This document shows positions 59,050 through 64,000 of a DNA stretch of 64,000 nt, in pieces; within the stretch, counting starts at the first letter, position 1; each line of letters starts with the position of its first letter. This stretch comes from Microgenomates group bacterium (GTDB taxonomy: Bacteria; Patescibacteriota; Microgenomatia; Daviesbacterales; UBA10151): the NCBI GenBank assembly GCA_041659805.1, contig JBAZXP010000001.1:576589-640588 (forward strand). The letters are read 5' to 3'. The notes beneath the pieces were generated by a model. The model did not search any database and was not told the origin of the DNA. It saw nothing but the letters and a program-made list of their open reading frames with translations. A program made the translations under genes and the position numbers.

Positions 59050-60111
59050 ATGAATAAGCAGTCAATTTTGATTCCGGATTTTTATATTTCAATTCCTGCT
59101 ATTCTTTTAATGAGTCTTGGTGTTTTAGTTATTTATTCTTCTGAACCGAAATTAGCGATTCAACAATTAATAATTGCAGTTATTGGTATAGGTTTATATT
59201 GGTTCTTTTCATTAATTGACCTTAGATTTTATCAGGAATACTTAAAATTTATATATGGTTTTATGTTATTTCTTTTAGGTGTTGTTTTTATTTTAGGTTT
59301 TGAAACCAGAGGATCTATTAGATGGATACCTCTTGGGTTATTTAATTTCCAACCATCAGAATTTATAAAACCTATTTTGATTCTTTTGCTTGCTAAATTT
59401 TGGTCAGACAATAATTCAAGTTGGCTAAATATTGTAAAGAGTATCTTAATTATATCTCCTGCAATTATCCTCATTTTTAAACAGCCTGATTTAGGTACAA
59501 CTTTAACTGTAATAATGATTTGGATTTTTATGCTTATTGGTTCAAATATTTCTGTTTTGAAATTATTTCTAATGTTTATTACTTCGTTAATCTTAACCCC
59601 TCTTGGGTGGTTATTTCTAAAAGATTACCAAAAATATAGAATTACCAGTTTTTTATCTCCAGAAAAAGATCCTTTAGGTATTGGCTATAATGCAATTCAG
59701 TCAACTATTGCTGTTGGATCAGGAGAAGTATTTGGTCGGGGGCTTGGCAGAGGAACCCAATCAAGGTTGCAGTTTTTACCGGAATTCAGGACTGATTTTA
59801 TTTTTGCATCAATCGCAGAGGAATTTGGATTTTTAGGTTCAGTAATTTTGTTGTTTTTGTATTCGGCTATTATTGGTCGAAGCTTGCGGATTATGCATAA
59901 CGCAAACAACCGGTTTAGCAACTTAGTGGTGTTGGGAGTTTTAGGAATGTTTTTCTTTCAGATTATAGTGAATATTGGAATGAACATTGGGATATTACCA
60001 ATCACCGGAATTACTCTTCCGCTTGTTTCTTACGGCGGAAGTTCTCTTCTTACTACCTTGATTTGCCTTGGTTTTATAGCCTCTGTTGCTAAATTTGGCA
60101 ATCAGAGGTAA
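59050..60111 (+). CDS. rodA: SEDS rod shape-determining protein RodA
   Basis: GSIRWI, FQPSEFIK, QPDLGT, YQKYRI, GYNAIQSTIAVGSG, FLPEFRTDFIFA, GITLPLVSYGGS. Confidence 0.92.
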   Translation: MNKQSILIPDFYISIPAILLMSLGVLVIYSSEPKLAIQQLIIAVIGIGLYWFFSLIDLRFYQEYLKFIYGFMLFLLGVVFILGFETRGSIRWIPLGLFNFQPSEFIKPILILLLAKFWSDNNSSWLNIVKSILIISPAIILIFKQPDLGTTLTVIMIWIFMLIGSNISVLKLFLMFITSLILTPLGWLFLKDYQKYRITSFLSPEKDPLGIGYNAIQSTIAVGSGEVFGRGLGRGTQSRLQFLPEFRTDFIFASIAEEFGFLGSVILLFLYSAIIGRSLRIMHNANNRFSNLVVLGVLGMFFFQIIVNIGMNIGILPITGITLPLVSYGGSSLLTTLICLGFIASVAKFGNQR

Positions 60112-60123
60112 AATACGCTTTGT

Positions 60124-60477
60124 ATGCAATATAATATAGTTCAAATTGGAAGCAGACAATATAAGATTGAACCAGGCCAGACGATTGAAATCGACAGGCT
60201 TCCCGATGATGTCAAAAAATTAACAGTAGATAAAGTTTTACTTAAGGTTGACGACGATAAAGTTCAAATCGGCACACCTTATTTAAAAGAAACTTTAGAG
60301 CTTGATGTTCTTGAAACTGTTAAAAAACTAAAAATCAGAGTATTAAAATTTAAGTCTAAAGCTAACTATCGAAAAGTTACAGGGTCAAGAAGACAGATGA
60401 CAAAAGTTAAATTACAGGATAATAGTCCAAAAGCAAAATCAGAAAAAAAAGAAACTGTGAAAAAGGTATTGACATAA
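60124..60477 (+). CDS. rplU: 50S ribosomal protein bL21
   Basis: IVQIGSRQYKI, IGTPYL, KFKSKANYRKVTGSRRQMT. Confidence 0.93.
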   Translation: MQYNIVQIGSRQYKIEPGQTIEIDRLPDDVKKLTVDKVLLKVDDDKVQIGTPYLKETLELDVLETVKKLKIRVLKFKSKANYRKVTGSRRQMTKVKLQDNSPKAKSEKKETVKKVLT

Positions 60478-60497
60478 GTTTTCACGAAAGGTAATCT
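60469..60497 (+). promoter_or_regulatory. Sigma70 promoter giving a leaderless rpmA transcript
   Basis: TTGACA (60469-74), N17, TAATCT (60492-97), 6 nt, ATG (60504). Confidence 0.7.
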
Positions 60498-60503
60498 AAA
60501 GAC

Positions 60504-60755
60504 ATGGCACATACAAAAGCAGGCGGAACAACAAAAACCAATAGAGATTCAATTTCAAAACGCTTAGGTGTTAAACATTATGGTGGAGAATTAGTTAAAC
60601 CCGGAAATATTATTATAAGACAAAAAGGAAATAAATATTATCCCGGAGTCGGAGTGAAGCAAGGCAATGATTACACTTTGTTTGCTATAACATCCGGAGT
60701 AGTTCAATTTGTTAAGAGAAAAGGACGAAACTTAATAAATATCAATGGACTCTAA
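60504..60755 (+). CDS. rpmA: 50S ribosomal protein bL27
   Basis: [34 protein letters not shown]. Confidence 0.97.
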   Translation: MAHTKAGGTTKTNRDSISKRLGVKHYGGELVKPGNIIIRQKGNKYYPGVGVKQGNDYTLFAITSGVVQFVKRKGRNLININGL

Positions 60756-61596
60756 CGATCAAATCTACTTACTTGAAATAAATTTACTTGAACCAAATCC
60801 TCTTCAGCCCCGTGGGCTCATTACACCAGAATCATTAGCCGAGTTAGCAGAATCAATTCGGGAACATGGGATTTTAGAGCCTATTGTGGTTGCCAAAACT
60901 CCCGCAGGTTTTCAAATCATTGCAGGAGAACGACGTTGGAGAGCTTCCAAATTAGTCGGACTTCCGAAGGTCCCTGTTGTAATAAAAGAAACCACTCCTC
61001 AAGGTATGTTGGAAATGGCAATTGTAGAGAATGTTCAGCGTCAGGATTTAAATCCTTTGGAAAGAGCCCAGGCTTATCGCCGTTTAATGGATGAGTTTGG
61101 TCTGCCTAATTCTGAAATCGCTCAAAAAGTTGGTAAAAGCCCGGCTTATATTTCCAATACAATCAGACTGCTTACCCTGCCTGATGCCCTTAAGGATGCC
61201 TTAATGTCCGGTCAAACAACAGAAGGGCATGTAAGAGCAATGTCTGCCTTGGAAGACCCCCATCTTATTATAGAGGCTTATAAAGAAGTGCTTCGAAAGA
61301 ACTTATCTGTTAGAGGAACAGAAGAATTAGTCAGGAAAATGAAAGCAAAGTTTAATGTTGCTCCAAAAAGAAACGTTGATGTTGAAAGTATGCATATTTT
61401 AAATGAAGAAGTTGATAGAATTCAGGAAGGTTTAGCAGAAGCATTAACTTCAAATGATAAGAAAGCAACGGTTAAGTATGTATTAACAGGTAATCATGCC
61501 CGTTTAGATATAAGATTACCGGGTAATCCGGAGCAAACAACTGAGTTGATGAGAAAAGTTTATAAGGCAATTACTTCTTATCAGGAAATTAATTAG
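60745..61596 (+). CDS. parB: ParB/Spo0J chromosome partitioning protein
   Basis: [46 protein letters not shown] ([14 protein letters not shown]). Confidence 0.95.
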   Translation: MDSNDQIYLLEINLLEPNPLQPRGLITPESLAELAESIREHGILEPIVVAKTPAGFQIIAGERRWRASKLVGLPKVPVVIKETTPQGMLEMAIVENVQRQDLNPLERAQAYRRLMDEFGLPNSEIAQKVGKSPAYISNTIRLLTLPDALKDALMSGQTTEGHVRAMSALEDPHLIIEAYKEVLRKNLSVRGTEELVRKMKAKFNVAPKRNVDVESMHILNEEVDRIQEGLAEALTSNDKKATVKYVLTGNHARLDIRLPGNPEQTTELMRKVYKAITSYQEIN

Positions 61597-62221
61597 TTGA
61601 AGTTCCAATTGGAATAATTACCATTTTGTCCACCGGCCAATATCTTAAAAAAGCCTGACCTATAATTTCACTTTTGGGAATAAGTCCAAATTGTCTTGAG
61701 TCTGAACTATTCTTACGGTTATCTCCCATTACAAAATAGTTATCTGCAGGCATAGTGATTTCATCGCCATCTTTTAAGAAGCCTTCGCCGTGTGTTTCTA
61801 AATCCTGAGGTAAATAAGGCTCGTTTAATAATGTTTCATTTATATATACTTTCCCGTCTGATAATTTTAATGTTTCACCTGGTAACCCTATTACTCTTTT
61901 GATGAATACTTCTTTCTCTGGATTTTGAGGGTTCTTAAGGATAATAATTTCACCTCTTTGATAAGCAGAAGATCTGGTTGCGAGTTTATTAGTTATTATA
62001 TAATCCCCATCCTGAAAATTCGGAACCATAGATTTTCCTGAAACTTTATGAGGTTCAGCGATAAAAACCCTGATGATCATTAAAATAGAAGCAACTATTG
62101 CTACAAATTGGATTAACTCGACTAAACTATCTTTAAATCTAGTACCCAAACCCGGTTCTTCAAGCTGGTAATCTGGTGCTGCTTGTGCTGATTGTTGTGC
62201 CGAAGGTGGTGTTGGTTCCAT
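61589..62221 (-). CDS. lepB: Signal peptidase I
   Basis: One TM, SGKSMVPNF (catalytic Ser), FIKRVIGLPGE (Lys), YFVMGDNRKNSSDSR. Confidence 0.95.
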   Translation of the reverse strand: MEPTPPSAQQSAQAAPDYQLEEPGLGTRFKDSLVELIQFVAIVASILMIIRVFIAEPHKVSGKSMVPNFQDGDYIITNKLATRSSAYQRGEIIILKNPQNPEKEVFIKRVIGLPGETLKLSDGKVYINETLLNEPYLPQDLETHGEGFLKDGDEITMPADNYFVMGDNRKNSSDSRQFGLIPKSEIIGQAFLRYWPVDKMVIIPIGTSTN

Positions 62222-62247
62222 AGATATGTATTATCCCTATTTTTTAT

Positions 62248-62276
62248 TTGTAAGACAAGAGGTTGAATGCTAAAAT
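62248..62276 (+). promoter_or_regulatory. Promoter of tRNA-Val
   Basis: TTGTAA (62248-53), N17, TAAAAT (62271-76) with TG extension, 10 nt before the tRNA 5' end. Confidence 0.6.
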
Positions 62277-62286
62277 AAGACGTTTA

Positions 62287-62360
62287 GGTCGTATAGCTCA
62301 GTTGGTTAGAGCGCTTCATTCACATTGAAGAGGTCTCTGGTTCGAGTCCAGATACGACCA
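62287..62360 (+). tRNA. tRNA-Val (anticodon CAC); CCA not encoded
   Basis: Acceptor stem GGTCGTA/TACGACC plus discriminator A; D arm GCTC-AGTTGGTTA-GAGC; anticodon arm CTTCA-TT-CAC-AT-TGAAG; T arm TCTGG-TTCGAGT-CCAGA. Confidence 0.95.
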
Positions 62361-62369
62361 CATTTTTAT

Positions 62370-63635
62370 TTAAGTTTGTTGAAAGACGAAAATTTCGCGG
62401 TGCACGGTTTGGTCGGGACGGAAATAAATTATTGATCCACGATCTGTTATTTCCAGATGCAGTTCTTCATTGACAGAATTTTTCTGAAAATTAACTGGAG
62501 TGAATCCAAGTTTTGATAGTTGGGGTAAAATATTTAGAGTATGTAGAATATTTCCCAGTTTAAAAGTAGGGAAAATGATAACTATTTTTCCGTCTGAATT
62601 TAGCAGCGATTTAAATTGATAAAAAGCATCTAAATATAATTTTTCTAAAATCTTTATTTCGTTTTCGATTTGTCCAATATTAAAGTGTTTCGATTTTGGT
62701 GATCCTAAAAATGGTTCAGTAATAATTACATCAATGCTTTTTTCACCAAATGCTTTACTTAATTTTCTAACATCATATTGAAAAGCCTTGATATTAAATT
62801 CTGATCTTTTTAAATCTGGATATTGTTGAAAAAGCCAATCAATATTCTGATTTGTTTTTTCTATCTGATCTTTTTTAAAATCTGTTCCTATAATATTTTT
62901 ATAATCTAAAAGGATTAATTCCTGCAGAATTGTACCGTTGCCGCAAAAAGGATCCAAGATAGTGTCGTCTAATTCTTTTCCTGCAATATTGATCATAATT
63001 TTTGCAAGTTTAGGGGGAAGCATCCCGGCTTCTGTGTCTCTTCCTGGTCTTCTGTAGTCTCTGAAACTATAGTCTTCAAAATTCTGGACTGCCAGTGTTT
63101 TTCCGAAATAGACGGTGTTTTCTTCAACGCAAATATCTAATTCGAAACCATCAGATATTAATTTATTTTTTACAACCGAAACACTGGAGATATATCTTTC
63201 ATGCGATTTAAAGAAATTTACTTTGTAAGAATCTTGTAGGAACTGTTTCATTTTCGGCAATGTTTTGATTGCTTGGGGGAAGACTTGATTGATATGACTT
63301 ATTGGTGTACCTGCGTTGTAAATACTAATGCCGAAAGATAGTTTTGTCAGCTGTGGATCAAAAAGTTTACTTAAAAAATCTAAATCAGTTACTAAAGAGC
63401 CAAATTGTTCTGAGAATTTTTCAAACGGAATTGAATCTATAATTTCACCGATTTTTATTGTTCCTCCGAGTTTTGTCATCAGGTTTTGTGAATCAATTTC
63501 CTGACTTGTTTCTAAGATAAATATTTCTTGGGACGATGTAATAATCTTAGATTTCTGATGCTTATCTAAAAGCGCCAAAATTTCTACCTTTGAAAGCGAG
63601 TGATTATTACCCAAAACAAAAAAATATTTATGCAT
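62370..63635 (-). CDS. Trm11/TrmG10-like RNA methyltransferase (UPF0020 family)
   Basis: N-terminal LG...LS..EI and KLGGTIKIG; RDYRRP...GMLPPKLAKIMIN; ILDPFCGNGTILQE; IITEPFLG. Confidence 0.75.
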   Translation of the reverse strand: MHKYFFVLGNNHSLSKVEILALLDKHQKSKIITSSQEIFILETSQEIDSQNLMTKLGGTIKIGEIIDSIPFEKFSEQFGSLVTDLDFLSKLFDPQLTKLSFGISIYNAGTPISHINQVFPQAIKTLPKMKQFLQDSYKVNFFKSHERYISSVSVVKNKLISDGFELDICVEENTVYFGKTLAVQNFEDYSFRDYRRPGRDTEAGMLPPKLAKIMINIAGKELDDTILDPFCGNGTILQELILLDYKNIIGTDFKKDQIEKTNQNIDWLFQQYPDLKRSEFNIKAFQYDVRKLSKAFGEKSIDVIITEPFLGSPKSKHFNIGQIENEIKILEKLYLDAFYQFKSLLNSDGKIVIIFPTFKLGNILHTLNILPQLSKLGFTPVNFQKNSVNEELHLEITDRGSIIYFRPDQTVHREIFVFQQT

Positions 63636-63660
63636 GAAGGTAGTTTAGCACGAATGATGC

Positions 63661-64000
63661 CTAATCTCCATTTTTTCTGGCTATAATTAATATATAAGCA
63701 CAGAGATTTTTTAACCCAAGTGTATATAAAATCAATTCATAAATAATTGAAACAATATAAAAAGGCAGGAAGAAACTAAAATATCTTGATTGGTAATAAC
63801 TTAATTTAATTTTTTCAACAGTAAATCCATTCTTAAGATAAATATTTATAATTGAATCATAAAAGCAATAATTGTAGTTAGTCTTGAAACCTCTAATATG
63901 TTGACTTCCCGGGATTAAATTATTTAATAGTATTTTTGCGAGTTTACTTGGAATAAGCTGATTTAATATAGAAAATATAGCGAATTTACAGGAAAAAAGA
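63661..64000 (-). CDS. C-terminal fragment of a probable class I SAM methyltransferase; 5' end is outside the window
   Basis: Open minus frame from the window edge to TAG at 63661: ...FSILNQLIP...RGFKTNYNYC...NGFTVEK...YYQSRYFSFFLPFY...ILIIARKNGD*. Resembles the C-termini of Methyltransf_11-type proteins. Absent from the ORF track because the start is missing. Confidence 0.55.
   Translation of the reverse strand, partial: LFSCKFAIFSILNQLIPSKLAKILLNNLIPGSQHIRGFKTNYNYCFYDSIINIYLKNGFTVEKIKLSYYQSRYFSFFLPFYIVSIIYELILYTLGLKNLCAYILIIARKNGD

Noticed and set aside
304-59921. Many short ORF-track entries (60-140 aa) antisense to or nested in long genes, e.g. 304-498, 10528-10785, 22552-22962, 26704-27123, 50750-51136, 54790-55155, 55094-55432
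   Set aside because: They overlap well-supported genes, carry no recognisable motifs, and are the shadow ORFs expected from codon bias.
43259-60490. Near-palindrome TTTTCGTGAAAA (43259-70) and its near reverse complement TTTTCACGAAAG (60479-90) as a shared operator or parS
   Set aside because: Only two copies, AT-rich, found post hoc, and not matching the TGTTNCACGTGAAACA parS consensus; compatible with chance.
62287-62369. tRNA-Val as an integration site
   Set aside because: No duplicated tRNA 3' end and no integrase noticed within the window.
1-64000. CRISPR array, rRNA, riboswitch/T-box, or alternative genetic code (UGA=Gly)
   Set aside because: Intergenic gaps are all under about 175 bp with no repeat-spacer structure or long leaders (ileS and glyQS have no room for a T-box). 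Conserved genes are full length in code 11, and several (e.g. ftsA, mraZ, murG) end at TGA.

Overview
Compact, AT-rich bacterial window using genetic code 11. Gene content points to a CPR/Patescibacteria genome, probably Microgenomates; this is inferred from DUF4012, many ArnT/PMT-like GT-C proteins, a type-2 IleRS, an alpha2 GlyRS and a reduced dcw cluster. Positions 1-38.8 kb are a very large cell-surface glycosylation region: about 7 GT-C membrane glycosyltransferases, 2 DPM1-like GT2 enzymes, other GT2/GT4 enzymes, a WaaL/Wzy-like ligase, a priming phosphoglycosyltransferase, methyl- and acetyltransferases and an SGNH hydrolase. It also contains an adenosine kinase-ahcY SAH-recycling cassette, an inserted RavA/ViaA-like (MoxR AAA+ plus VWA) module with a divergent orphan membrane protein, and a displaced rsmH. 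Positions 38.9-64 kb are housekeeping: recO, glyQS, purF, dcw cluster, ileS, rodA, rplU, rpmA, parB, lepB, tRNA-Val(CAC) and a Trm11-like methyltransferase. Four signals stand out. (i) At least 14 genes have a TANNNT -10 box only 6-8 nt before the ATG, suggesting pervasive leaderless mRNAs. (ii) The cytoplasmic peptidoglycan enzymes carry several non-canonical motifs (truncated MurB, MurE DFAT/DDPR, MurF GSVSKT, MraY HMY). (iii) IleRS has HYGS/KMSKN. (iv) 10-bp-periodic MraZ boxes overlap the dcw promoter. No CRISPR array, rRNA, transposase or integrase was seen. All calls come from motif recognition by eye; no database search was run.
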